A DNA stretch of 63,910 bases, filler included, from Nanobdellati archaeon (GTDB taxonomy: Archaea > Nanobdellota > Nanobdellia > Woesearchaeales > JAADFO01), in NCBI GenBank assembly GCA_013152815.1. It is 4 parts of 4 records of this genome, joined end to end, with 100 filler letters (N's around TTAATTAATTAA, not from the genome) between each part and the next. Parts side by side here need not be neighbours in the genome. Positions count along the whole stretch, not along the records: positions 37,806 to 51,374 come from JAADFO010000069.1; positions 51,475 to 63,910 come from JAADFO010000075.1; 2 more parts are not named here. The stretch is one strand, 5' to 3'. The translations under genes were made by a program, and so were the position numbers. Shown here piece by piece: positions 49,113 to 58,361 of this stretch (position 1 is its first letter; each line of letters begins with the position of its first letter). Under the pieces are notes generated by a model. That model searched no databases. It was not told the origin of the DNA and was given only the letters and a program-made list of their open reading frames with translations.

Positions 49113-50435
49113 TCAGAAGTCGAAAAGTTTGCTCTTCGGATGGACAGCCGACGGGCTTTCTCCGCCATGCCAGGTGAATCTCGGCCTGACCCGTATGGGA
49201 TACAGCTTCTCGTTGGTGTCGTCGAATATGAGGGCAGCCCCCTTCACACGGGGAAGATTGTCCAGCTGCACATCAAGGCCTTCACGCATATAGCTCTGCA
49301 TGATCATGCCCAGCGCTTCGGTGTCTATCTTGGCGGTGAGCCGATGGGAGATGACCGTGTCAGACTGGGTCATGACATCGGTGTGGATCTTCCCTGGCTG
49401 CTGGGTCGCAAGCACGAGAGAGATGCCCGGCTGACGCCCCTCTCGCATGATGCTGATGAGCGGCAAAGAGGCGGTGGTCATGCCGTCGCGCGGCAGAAGC
49501 TCATGGGCCTCGTCCAGGATGAGCCAGACCAGGGGGATCTTCTGTGATTGGGGCTGCTCTTCCTCAGAGAAATAATGGAGTGCGCTGTCGATCTGTGAGA
49601 ACTCCTCGTCTTTTCGGGTGAGCATCCTGTCGATGAAGAGCTTCTGAGCCACGAGACCGACCACCATCGCCTTTATGGCCCAGCCGTTGGGAACGGTGGC
49701 ATAGCAGGAGACATCCAGCACAGAGACCTGGCCCGGGGCCGCAAGGTCTGCCAGGGGTGTCCCCTTGTCCGAGAAGACCCCCCAGCGGTCTGCATTGATG
49801 AACCTTGCTTCAAGGGCATCCTTTACCTCGCCGGGCACCCTCTCGTCCTTCTGTATCCTGGCGATGATGGTCTTGAGGGAATAGTCTTTTCCGGCACCCC
49901 TGAGATCGCCGATGACCCGTTCCAGGAGGACGCCGATGGGTTCGGTCTCCCTGATGCCGAAGGAGGTCGCCCAGTCTGTGGCAGAGAGTTCGACCGGTTT
50001 GATGGAGAAAGGGACGTCCGTCGGTATGCCCTTCTGTTTGTAGTCGTTGAAATAACCGACAGGGGTGAATATCCGGACATTGAGCGGTTTTGCCTTGAGT
50101 CCCCATTCATTGAGAAGCGGCTCTTCCTTCTTGTTCGGATACTTCATGGTCCAGTATATCCCCATGGTGTCGAGAAGGATGAACGAGAGGTTCTTCTTGA
50201 TGTTCTGGGGGAGATCGGCCATCCCTTCGGCCATGACACCCAGGGTGTATGACTTTCCCCCGCCGCGTTTTCCGGCAATCATGATGACATGACTGGTCGC
50301 GATGTCCATGAGCACCCTGTTCGATAGGGAGGTCGAGCGCCCCATGGTGATGTAATGCTTCCCCAAGAAGATGGTGCCATCTGTTCCCAATCGCTTTCTG
50401 TCCTCAAGAGAACGCCCGATGATGATGTCTTCCAT
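49113..50435 (-). CDS. HerA/FtsK-superfamily (DUF87-like) ATPase
   Basis: Walker A GKRGGGKS, Walker B LILDEAH, REGRQPG..LVLATQQP. Confidence 0.9.
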   Translation of the reverse strand: MEDIIIGRSLEDRKRLGTDGTIFLGKHYITMGRSTSLSNRVLMDIATSHVIMIAGKRGGGKSYTLGVMAEGMADLPQNIKKNLSFILLDTMGIYWTMKYPNKKEEPLLNEWGLKAKPLNVRIFTPVGYFNDYKQKGIPTDVPFSIKPVELSATDWATSFGIRETEPIGVLLERVIGDLRGAGKDYSLKTIIARIQKDERVPGEVKDALEARFINADRWGVFSDKGTPLADLAAPGQVSVLDVSCYATVPNGWAIKAMVVGLVAQKLFIDRMLTRKDEEFSQIDSALHYFSEEEQPQSQKIPLVWLILDEAHELLPRDGMTTASLPLISIMREGRQPGISLVLATQQPGKIHTDVMTQSDTVISHRLTAKIDTEALGMIMQSYMREGLDVQLDNLPRVKGAALIFDDTNEKLYPIRVRPRFTWHGGESPSAVHPKSKLFDF

Positions 50436-50562
50436 GGGAGGATTCTGGTCTTGAGCATTTAAATAGTTAACCCCTTAGCCCAGGACAGGTAGCTCTCTGG
50501 AAAAGCGGAAAGCATATCCTGCGCTTCCATAAATTATTTATAGGTGGGGGTCATTGTATGTA

Positions 50563-50726
50563 CGGTATGTTAGCGTCTATGTGGGAAAGGCTCATGGAAG
50601 TCCTCTTCATCGTAGACATCAAGCTGACCTACCGACACGTCGCGTTTGTCTGTTGAGGCGACCGGTTTTTCCGGGGGCCTGCAGGGGCGTCGACGTCGTG
50701 GTTCTTCTTCGTGTTCTTGCAGGTCC
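50563..50726 (+). ncRNA. putative structured 5' leader RNA overlapping a 29-codon uORF (50567-50656)
   Basis: stems 50563-81/50611-34 and 50675-88/50713-26 with several G-U pairs on the plus strand; TTTATAGG at 50537-50544. Confidence 0.35.
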
Positions 50727-50785
50727 TGGTGAACCCCAGCTTCAGCGCTGTCGCGGCATACCAAGTAGCCATGGAGGTGGTGAAA

Positions 50786-51124
50786 ATGGAGACCCGGGCA
50801 TACCCTGAAAACCAATGCATCGTGTGTGATGAGATCATCACCAACCCCATCTGCCCAGATTGTCTTGGCCAGCAGTTCAAGGCATGGCTAGGCGCACATA
50901 GACGGACACTGCTCCTGAAGATGCAGAAGGAAGTCTACGGGTTCGGGAAGAGGGACGAAAGGGGTACTGCCTGTGTCATCTGCTCGAAACCGATGCATGT
51001 CTGTCCGCACTGCCTCGCAAAGGCGGCACAGAGGGTCATTGATGGAGAGGACGACATCGAGCTGCAGAGCCAGTTCATGACCCATTTCAACTGGAACCTC
51101 TGGGGCCCGCCGATAGGGATATGA
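50786..51124 (+). CDS. double zinc-finger protein
   Basis: CIVC..ITNPICPDC...CVIC...CPHC; GGAGGTG RBS. Confidence 0.8.
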   Translation: METRAYPENQCIVCDEIITNPICPDCLGQQFKAWLGAHRRTLLLKMQKEVYGFGKRDERGTACVICSKPMHVCPHCLAKAAQRVIDGEDDIELQSQFMTHFNWNLWGPPIGI

Positions 51125-51374
51125 TGGGGATAGAGAAGATCTGAAGGCGGAGAATCTGAAGACAGAGAAAGACCAGAAAACCCGCGTTTATTCCTTTTTT
51201 ATTCCTTTTTATTTTCCCGTTCAGTTCAGAATCTGCATTTTTTTGTCGTTCCTCCCAGTCTGGCACTGTTCAGGTAACAACCCACCTGCTGATGGTGTCT
51301 CTTGTTCCGCCAGCGCCGTTCGTTCTGCCAGTCGATCTTTGGCCGTGCCTGTTCAACAGGCGGTCGGCGGGAAT

Positions 51375-51474
51375 NNNNNNNNNNNNNNNNNNNNNNNNNN
51401 NNNNNNNNNNNNNNNNNNTTAATTAATTAANNNNNNNNNNNNNNNNNNNNNNNNNNNNNNNNNNNNNNNNNNNN
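51375..51474. other. artificial contig linker
   Basis: N44-TTAATTAATTAA-N44. Confidence 0.98.
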
Positions 51475-51648
51475 AACAAATTAATGGATAGGGTTGTATT
51501 GGTATCAGACTGGGACAGAGGAGTGGAAAATCATGAGGATTTAGGTAGAACAGGAAGGGCAGGAATTTCAGTGGCTCTGGATGTGGCTAAAGGAGTACGT
51601 GGAAAAAATCTGTTGGTTATTGGTTATGATAAGATAGAGAGATATTAA
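51475..51648 (+). CDS. 3' end of an AT-rich gene (5' truncated), putative cassette cargo
   Basis: open frame NKLMDRVVLVSDWDRGVENHEDLGRTGRAGISVALDVAKGVRGKNLLVIGYDKIERY*; A/T-ending codons. Confidence 0.55.
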   Translation, partial: NKLMDRVVLVSDWDRGVENHEDLGRTGRAGISVALDVAKGVRGKNLLVIGYDKIERY

Positions 51649-51727
51649 TTCCCCGATTCCATTAAATGAATGCTCCTGGCGAAGCGAGGACGAGGGCTGA
51701 AATCCCGAAGATCAAGTTGGGAGTTGA
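51649..51727. other. attC-like hairpin spacer between two AT-rich genes
   Basis: TCCCCGAT-TCC-ATTAAAT...TCCT-G-GCGAAGC-G-AGGA...GGG-CTGAAAT-CCC...GTTGGGAG. Confidence 0.45.
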
Positions 51728-51973
51728 TTAAAGATATTTTGTTGCGATTATCAGTTCCATTTTTTCCTTGTTTATCTTGTCAAAGTGCATTAAATTCTGA
51801 AGGGTCATATTCTGTCGCTTATCACCTGATATCTCGATAGAAATCCTTACATTCTGTATTTTTATCCTACCAAACGCGATATCTGCTCTGCATCCAATAT
51901 TGACCGGATGACCTTCATCATCTATAACTTTTGCTCCTTCAATAACTTGTCCTTTCATAATAATCCTGCTCAT
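51728..51973 (-). CDS. 81-aa AT-rich hypothetical protein, putative gene cassette
   Basis: own TTTTTATA box and AGGTGA RBS; bounded by a 12-bp inverted repeat at 51714-25 and 52030-41. Confidence 0.7.
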   Translation of the reverse strand: MSRIIMKGQVIEGAKVIDDEGHPVNIGCRADIAFGRIKIQNVRISIEISGDKRQNMTLQNLMHFDKINKEKMELIIATKYL

Positions 51974-52029
51974 AGATATCACCTAAGAATGAAAGAATGG
52001 CAGAGTATAAAAATGTTTTGCGTATCCCA

Positions 52030-52059
52030 AACTCCCAACTTATTGAACTCAACATCAAT
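52030..52059. other. putative recombination/attachment site at an AT-rich/GC-rich junction (copy 2)
   Basis: AACTCCCAAC-TT-ATTGAACTCAACA; 15-mer identical to 147-161; abuts the stop codon of the neighbouring host-like gene. Confidence 0.45.
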
Positions 52060-52458
52060 TCTCATCAGCAGCCGGCAGGTCATCTTCTTCGGCAACGCTT
52101 GCGGTTGATCCGCTCGTCTTGGCATAGAACATGTGGTCGATGAGGAACATGGCTCCGCTCACGAGCAACGGGAAGGAGAGCAGCAGCAGGACAGGGAGCG
52201 GGATGGGGACGTCTGCCATCACCAGGATGAACGGCACCATGGCAAAGATGGTGAGAAGGCGCCCACGACGGTCCAGCGGATGGCAAGGAGGCCCAGCAGG
52301 ATGATGACCGCTCCGGGAAGGATGGAGCCGATGACCAGGTCGCCGTCATTGACCTCAGATGCCTTGATGATGCCGAAGACCAGCCAGAGGAATCCCATGA
52401 TGAAGGTCAGGATGACAGCGCTCTGTCTCAGCCAGAGCTCTTTCTGCTTCTGTTCCAT
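52055..52458 (-). pseudogene. four-TM membrane protein gene split by a frameshift near 52255
   Basis: ORFs 52219-52458 and 52055-52240 join into a continuous hydrophobic protein (VVGAF/LTIFAMVPF) if one base is added. Confidence 0.6.
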
Positions 52459-52511
52459 GATGTTTCTAGAATGAAAGGACTATAAAAATGTTGCTTTCCT
52501 TTGCAGGAAGA

Positions 52512-53489
52512 TCAGCTGTTGAGCGTCTCATGGTCGCCGACGATCCTGTCTTTGTGCTTTCCTCTGACCGTGGCATGGCTGCCGATGATGCAGCGCTCCA
52601 GGATGGCATCCCTGATGACTGCCTGCTCGCCTATGATGCTCTCCTTCACCGTGCTGTTCTCTATGGTGCTTCCGTTCCCCACCGATACATGGGGACCGAT
52701 GTCTGCGTTGGCTGCTCTGACCCCTTCGCCCATGACCACCGGTTGTGTGAATTTCGTCTGCTCTCCCTTAGGATCGGCTGTGGGATTCCGGGAGACGAGG
52801 TAGCGGTTGGTCTCGAGTGTGGTCTCGAGCTTTCCGGTGTCCAGCCAGACATCGACCTTCTTGGCCTCAAAGGAGGCTCCTTTCTCCAGCATGATGTTGA
52901 ACGCGTCCATGAGATAATACTCTCCCTTGGTCTTCTGGTCGCGCCTGATGAGTTCGTCGATGGCTTCAATCAGCAGCCCATAGTTCTTCACATAATACAA
53001 TCCGATGTTCACCAGGTTCGATCTTGGATGGTCAGGTTTCTCCACGGTCCGGGTGACCTTTCCTTCATTGTCGGTCTCCACGACCCCGAACCGGCGAGGA
53101 TCATCCACCTCCTTGACGAAGATGACGCCGTCATGCTCGGTCCGGCACATCCTGGGGATGTCAAGCTCGACCAGGGTGTCGCTGAACCAGATCAGCACGT
53201 CTTCGTCGATCTCGGTCTCGGCAAGCTTGATGGCAGGAGCCTGTCCTGAGAGCTTCCTCTGCCAGATGAATGTGGATTCAAGCTCATAATGCTCTTCGAC
53301 ATACTCCTTGATCTGGTCTCCCAGGTGGCCGATGATGAAGATGGCCTCATCGATCTTCGCTTCGACAAGCTGGTCGAGAATATGGGCGAGGACGGTCTTC
53401 CCGGCTATGGTGATCAGCGGTTTTGCAGTGGTGTGGGTCAACGGCCTCATCCGTGAGCCAAGGCCTGCCAGGGGTATCAATGCTTTCAT
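52512..53489 (-). CDS. sugar-phosphate nucleotidyltransferase (RmlA/GlmU-like) with C-terminal hexapeptide repeats
   Basis: PLAGLGSRMRPLTHTTAKPL, DPRRFGV, VEKP, WLDTG. Confidence 0.92.
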   Translation of the reverse strand: MKALIPLAGLGSRMRPLTHTTAKPLITIAGKTVLAHILDQLVEAKIDEAIFIIGHLGDQIKEYVEEHYELESTFIWQRKLSGQAPAIKLAETEIDEDVLIWFSDTLVELDIPRMCRTEHDGVIFVKEVDDPRRFGVVETDNEGKVTRTVEKPDHPRSNLVNIGLYYVKNYGLLIEAIDELIRRDQKTKGEYYLMDAFNIMLEKGASFEAKKVDVWLDTGKLETTLETNRYLVSRNPTADPKGEQTKFTQPVVMGEGVRAANADIGPHVSVGNGSTIENSTVKESIIGEQAVIRDAILERCIIGSHATVRGKHKDRIVGDHETLNS

Positions 53490-53574
53490 GGGGAAAGCCT
53501 TACTGAGAAGTATATATAAACCTTATGCATGTCCGCGGAGAGACACCTCCCTGCAAGGGTGTAGAATCTTTTTC

Positions 53575-54183
53575 TCAGGGAAGCGAGATGAGCTGGAGCA
53601 GCTTGACGAATCCTATCTTGACCCACCCGAGATACGGTATTCTGAGGACAGCGCGGCCTATATACCTGTCCTGGGTGATGTCGCTCTCGAAGGGATAGCT
53701 CACCCAGTTGTGGTCTCCTTTGGTCCGGAAATCATGGCCTGTCTCTGTCGTCGTGATCCTGATCACGCGGTGGATGATGGGGTCTGGCCTTTCGCTGCGA
53801 TAGACGATGACATCGCCTTTGGAAATGTCCTGCGGCGGCGTGCCCATGAGCACCATGATATCTCCTGTGTTGAAGCCGTTGTGGAACGGATACTCTGAGA
53901 ACGCTTCCCTGGAGATGTTGTATCCCTCATAGAATGTTCCCTGGGTGCAGGGTCTCCTGCCGCAGGTGGCCTGGGAGGCCCACCACTGGTCGAATGAGCC
54001 GTCATGCTCCATGCTTCCGGAGACCACGGCGACGATGGGATGGGTGGTCTGGAACACGAGCCCCAATCCAGGATAGACGATGAACTTGATGAGCACGAAA
54101 GCAAGCACGATGTTGATGATCCAGCTCCACACAGAGTCCTCTTCCCAGATGAAGCGCCAGAGCTTTTTCCAGAATCCTGCCAT
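53575..54183 (-). CDS. sec11: signal peptidase I, SEC11/S26B type
   Basis: VVSGSMEH, GDI, IIHRV, TKGDHN, IPYLGW. Confidence 0.92.
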   Translation of the reverse strand: MAGFWKKLWRFIWEEDSVWSWIINIVLAFVLIKFIVYPGLGLVFQTTHPIVAVVSGSMEHDGSFDQWWASQATCGRRPCTQGTFYEGYNISREAFSEYPFHNGFNTGDIMVLMGTPPQDISKGDVIVYRSERPDPIIHRVIRITTTETGHDFRTKGDHNWVSYPFESDITQDRYIGRAVLRIPYLGWVKIGFVKLLQLISLP

Positions 54184-54244
54184 GAGATGAGCTTTTCTCA
54201 TCCGCCATATAAATCTTTCCCCCGATCATTCTCCTCTGCAAGAA

Positions 54245-54970
54245 ATGGAAAACTTATTAATGGACCCTGATGTCATACCCATCATGACCGATCATGCATT
54301 CCTTGTCTCCTCAAACCAGTATTTTGAGGGTACCCTGCAGTTGCGCAACCCGAGCGACGCATGCGTGCAGTTCATCAATGACCAGCTGAAAGCCTCCAGA
54401 CAGGCATGGATAGCCAAGGTGACGAGGGTCAGGGAGGGCTATGACCTGTACCTGTCCTCGCAGCATTTTCTTCAGGGCCTGGGGAAAAAGCTGCATCAGG
54501 CTTTCGGCGGGACGCTCAAGGTGAGCCAGACGCTCCACACATTCCATCGTCAGAAGAGCAAACTGCTCTACCGGGTCACCGTCTTCTACTCCTGTCCGAC
54601 ATTCTCCAGGGGGGATGTCATCCTCGCGGGTGAAGACCACGGATGCCCTGTCCTCGTGAGGAAGATCGGCAAGGTGTTGTCAGGGGTCGACGTCAGGACC
54701 GGCAGACGACGTTCTTTTCGGAACTATGATCCCGAAGCAGAGGTCCTTCCCCAATATGATGCGCCTCTGATCAAGACCAAACCCCATCTGGAGATCCTCG
54801 ACCCGGTCTCCTTCCAGAACGAACCGCTCCATCTGGACGGGAAACTCATCATCGCCTCTTCGGCAAAGGTCATGTCTTCTCCTGCGGTGCCGAAGACGGT
54901 CAGGGTCGTGGCATTCGGCGGCTGGTGGTATCTGGTCCCTCTTACGAAACTTGCGAAAAAGGATCCCTGA
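54245..54970 (+). CDS. NMD3-related protein lacking the N-terminal zinc fingers
   Basis: YFEGTLQLR...DLYLSS...FGG.LKVS..L....RQ.SK.LYRVTV, then SH3/OB-like part; start uncertain. Confidence 0.72.
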   Translation: MENLLMDPDVIPIMTDHAFLVSSNQYFEGTLQLRNPSDACVQFINDQLKASRQAWIAKVTRVREGYDLYLSSQHFLQGLGKKLHQAFGGTLKVSQTLHTFHRQKSKLLYRVTVFYSCPTFSRGDVILAGEDHGCPVLVRKIGKVLSGVDVRTGRRRSFRNYDPEAEVLPQYDAPLIKTKPHLEILDPVSFQNEPLHLDGKLIIASSAKVMSSPAVPKTVRVVAFGGWWYLVPLTKLAKKDP

Positions 54971-55044
54971 AAAGACGGATCAGCCAGCATCAAGAGAGGA
55001 TATATCCCTGGAGGATATGTCAGAAAAAAAGGGCCATGCTCAAG

Positions 55045-56949
55045 TCATGCTTCAAGCAGGGCAAGGTCCAGGTTGTTCTTGAGTTCCATGAGGTCATATT
55101 TGTATCGTCGTCTGAGGTCTGGTTTCTTCAGCTTGTTGTAGGCCTTTTTCACCTCAGAGAGGGACCGTCGGGCAGCAGGGAAATCCCGGGCATTGATGAA
55201 TCCCCGGGTATACGCTATCATCTCGGTCAGGGGGACGTCCTCTGCCTTCATCTTCCGGGGGGTGTCTTTCTTGCTGCTGGCGAAGACGATCTTCTTGATG
55301 GCAGCAGTGTAATCCTTGGAGACCGTGGGTTTTGAGGGAGCGACCCGTCGGGGTGATGGTGTGGAGCGCATCGCTTCGGCGAGCGCCCGTTCTTTCCTGA
55401 TGAGCTCGTTCTCCCGTTCTTCGAGTTCCTCCTCTTTCTTCGTGAGTTTTGCCATCTTCCCCTCGAACAGGCGCTTGTTGAAATAGGCCTTCTCCATGCG
55501 CTCCTTGTCCTTCTCGAGCCTTGTCACGAGCTTCACGACCTCTTTCTCCTTCTCTTTGATGATCTTCTTGTCTGCCAGGGCCTGGCGGTGCAGCTCCCTG
55601 AACTGCTTGTCTTCCTCAAGATGCTTGATGGTCCTGATGAGCCCTTCTTCACGCTCGTCAAGATCCGCTTTCTCTTTCTCGAGCTCGGTGACGGCCTTCC
55701 GGACCTCTATCTCTCTCGCATCGAGGAGCCGTTGGTCGTCCTCGAGATCGCGCACCCGCTGGACGATCTCCAGCTCCTTCTCCTTGAGCAGCCTGATGTT
55801 CTCTTCCAGCTGCTGTCGGGTGGTCTGCTCGTCTGCGGTCAGGCGTTCAAGCATCTCCTGTTTCTCATCTACCTGGTCGCCCAACCGTGCCGCTTCCAGA
55901 TGCTGATGCCCGTATTGCTTTCTGAGGGCCTCTTCCTTCTCGTTGAGTTCCTTGTCCTTCTCCTGGTTGAGAGCATGCATGGATTCCAAAGCGGCATGCT
56001 TCTGTTCCAGCCTGATGAGGATGTCGTTCAGGTCATGTTCCTTCTGCTTGAGCTGGGCTTCCCTCACCTGGAGGGTCTTCTCGGTCTCCTTGAGGAGATG
56101 CCGTTCGCGGATGAGGTCGTCTGCGGAATGGGACGCCGCCACCTCGGTGCTTTCTATCTCCCTGTCGATATGCTCCATCTCTTCCTTCTTCGCGTTGAGT
56201 TCCTGGTTCAGCCGGGCGATCTCTCTGTTCTTCTCCTCTGTCTTGGTCTTCATCCGCTGTTCCTGGTCGAGAAGCTCCTGCTCTTTCTGACGGAGCAGGA
56301 TCTCCAGCTTCTTGGTCCGATCCCCCTCGAGCTCGGTGTCTTTCTCGGTGTCGAGGATCTCGATCTCATGTTTCTTGATCTCCTGCTCTTTCTCTTGGAG
56401 GTGGGTCTCCAGTTCGTGGAGCAATGATTCTTTCTTGATGATGACCTCTTCGGCAGCCTGCAGCTCTTTCTCTTTCGCGCCGATGCGGTCCCACTCTTCT
56501 TTGAGGGCTTGGCTCTCTTTGACATTCTTGGTCCCTTTCCTGGCCGAGATCTTCTGCTCCCTGTCGATGCGACGGGTGAGCTGGTCAAGCAGGGCTTCCT
56601 TCTCCTCGATGTCCTTCTGGAGCCTTGCCTGTCTCTTGGATTCCGAAGATGAGCCGATGGGTCCCTCAGGACGAGAACGGCTGTCCAGCTCTTTCTCCTT
56701 TTTCCTGAGCTGTTCCGCTTTCTTCTCGAGGTCGGCCTCCAGAACGTTCAGATGGGCGATGCGTTCGCGCATCTCATGGTCTATGCGTCTCTTCATGCCA
56801 TCGAGCTGCTGGAGGTATCTCCTCTCGTCGGCTGCCTGCAATCCTTCGGCGGGGTCTACTCTGGCTCCGGGTCTGCTCCGGTCGCCCTGCTTCACATGTT
56901 TCCCTCTGGGTGTCTCCTTGATCCTCTGGACTTTAGCGAGCAATCCCAT
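55045..56949 (-). CDS. long coiled-coil protein
   Basis: 634 aa of E/K/R/L heptads; GGAGG RBS. Confidence 0.75.
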   Translation of the reverse strand: MGLLAKVQRIKETPRGKHVKQGDRSRPGARVDPAEGLQAADERRYLQQLDGMKRRIDHEMRERIAHLNVLEADLEKKAEQLRKKEKELDSRSRPEGPIGSSSESKRQARLQKDIEEKEALLDQLTRRIDREQKISARKGTKNVKESQALKEEWDRIGAKEKELQAAEEVIIKKESLLHELETHLQEKEQEIKKHEIEILDTEKDTELEGDRTKKLEILLRQKEQELLDQEQRMKTKTEEKNREIARLNQELNAKKEEMEHIDREIESTEVAASHSADDLIRERHLLKETEKTLQVREAQLKQKEHDLNDILIRLEQKHAALESMHALNQEKDKELNEKEEALRKQYGHQHLEAARLGDQVDEKQEMLERLTADEQTTRQQLEENIRLLKEKELEIVQRVRDLEDDQRLLDAREIEVRKAVTELEKEKADLDEREEGLIRTIKHLEEDKQFRELHRQALADKKIIKEKEKEVVKLVTRLEKDKERMEKAYFNKRLFEGKMAKLTKKEEELEERENELIRKERALAEAMRSTPSPRRVAPSKPTVSKDYTAAIKKIVFASSKKDTPRKMKAEDVPLTEMIAYTRGFINARDFPAARRSLSEVKKAYNKLKKPDLRRRYKYDLMELKNNLDLALLEA

Positions 56950-56951
56950 GG

Positions 56952-57539
56952 TCAGCCTCCCACCTGATATTTGGCCATCACTTTCTCATAGAACTTGAAT
57001 TCCTTGGTCTTGATGATGTCCTGGATCCTGTCCTCCGGAAGGTTTCCCAGGAGGTCGTCGACGACCTTCATGAAATTGAGCATCTCTTCGGTGACGCTCT
57101 GGTCATTGAGGTACTGTCTCTTGAGCCTGATGTTCTGCTCCAGATCATCGATGATCTGCTGCTTTATCTTGCTTTCATCATCGAGCTCTTTGAGCAGTTC
57201 CTGGTATCGTTCTATCTTCTTCTCCATGTTGCTCGTATCCTTGTCGAGCGCATCCTGTTTCCTCGTGAGGAGCTGTTCCTTCTCAGCCATCGCCTTCTGT
57301 TCAGCATGGATGTGTTCTTCCACCTGCCGGAGGATCCTCTCCTTCTCGCTGAGCTTCTGCTCCATGGCCTCGAGCTCCTTCTTCCGGTGTTCGAGCTCTT
57401 TGAGTGACTTGTCTATCTTCTTTGGAGAGAGGGTTCCCTCCTCACGGCTGCCGAAGGCTTTTCCCAGGCCTCCAAGGGAAAGACGCGTCTTTTTCCGCTT
57501 GGGCGGTTCAGGTAAGGGCAGGTCAAAATCGTCCCCCAT
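56952..57539 (-). CDS. coiled-coil protein
   Basis: start MGDDF about 25 nt after TTTATATA; C-terminal VDDLLGNLPED..I..F..YEKV. Confidence 0.75.
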   Translation of the reverse strand: MGDDFDLPLPEPPKRKKTRLSLGGLGKAFGSREEGTLSPKKIDKSLKELEHRKKELEAMEQKLSEKERILRQVEEHIHAEQKAMAEKEQLLTRKQDALDKDTSNMEKKIERYQELLKELDDESKIKQQIIDDLEQNIRLKRQYLNDQSVTEEMLNFMKVVDDLLGNLPEDRIQDIIKTKEFKFYEKVMAKYQVGG

Positions 57540-57731
57540 TATAGATAACAATGCAATAAGAATAGTATATAAAGGTTTGTTATGATTCTTGCGTAGGTGT
57601 GCTTTCCTTCTGCTCTTCTGCCTGTTCTTTGTACCTCCCTGTTTCTCCTGCTGCCACCCTCGCCGCGGGGTCGAAGACGACAGCCGGAAAACCCAAACCT
57701 TTTTAAAGGGTTCCTCATCCCGTCCTTCATC

Positions 57732-57902
57732 ATGGAAGCCCACATATGCAACGCGTCGAAAGAGCCCATCACGAACAATACGGGTTCGACCATATTTCCC
57801 TGCCCTAAATGCGGCCATAAGTTCATCGTGCGTTCTACCCATGCCAGAGAGATAGCTGCCGCCTATAAATGCCCGAACTGCAAGTTCGTGGGACCCAATT
57901 GA
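57732..57902 (+). CDS. DUF1610/HVO_2753-like zinc-finger microprotein
   Basis: FPCPKCG...YKCPNCKFVGP; conserved position upstream of aEF-1beta. Confidence 0.85.
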   Translation: MEAHICNASKEPITNNTGSTIFPCPKCGHKFIVRSTHAREIAAAYKCPNCKFVGPN

Positions 57903-57971
57903 GGCTGTCCCTGTTCAGACCAGAAATACCGAAGGACATCGAAGCATCACAAGACAGCAAGGACAACCACA

Positions 57972-58247
57972 ATGGCTGACGTCGTCATCACCCTCAAGAT
58001 CATGCCCGAGAGTCCGGATACCGATCTCGCTAAGATTGCCGAGCAGGCAAAGACGCTCATAACCGCTGACGGCGGGCATGTGCATTCCACAGAGAACAAG
58101 CCGGTCGCCTTCGGTCTCGAGGCCATCCACATAGTCTTCTCCAAGGATGAGGCAAAGGGTTCCTCCGACGAGCTCGAGGAAGCGGTCGCAAAGATCTCCC
58201 ATGTCAATTCTGTGGACGTCATCGACGTGCGCAGGGCTTTCGGATAA
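57972..58247 (+). CDS. ef1b: translation elongation factor aEF-1beta
   Basis: MADVVITLKIMPESPDTDL...PVAFGL...V.SVDV. Confidence 0.95.
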   Translation: MADVVITLKIMPESPDTDLAKIAEQAKTLITADGGHVHSTENKPVAFGLEAIHIVFSKDEAKGSSDELEEAVAKISHVNSVDVIDVRRAFG

Positions 58248-58361
58248 GCTTCGCAGTTTCGCATCTTCCTTTGCATCTTTCATCCTTTTGCAGATTTCTT
58301 TTGCAGGGCAGCAGAATACCAGAATGCACAAATTCCTGAGAAAGAAAGAAACGTTTCTCTT

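Noticed and set aside
49113..50435. HerA-like ATPase as part of a defence system (HerA-NurA or Sir2-HerA)
   Set aside because: No nuclease or sirtuin partner adjacent; codon usage is host-like.
51125..51374. Possible gene end on the minus strand before the third linker
   Set aside because: Two frames are open for a short stretch and neither has recognisable features.
55045..57539. Coiled-coil pair as SMC or a cytoskeletal system
   Set aside because: No Walker motifs or hinge domain; low-complexity heptads do not allow a family call.
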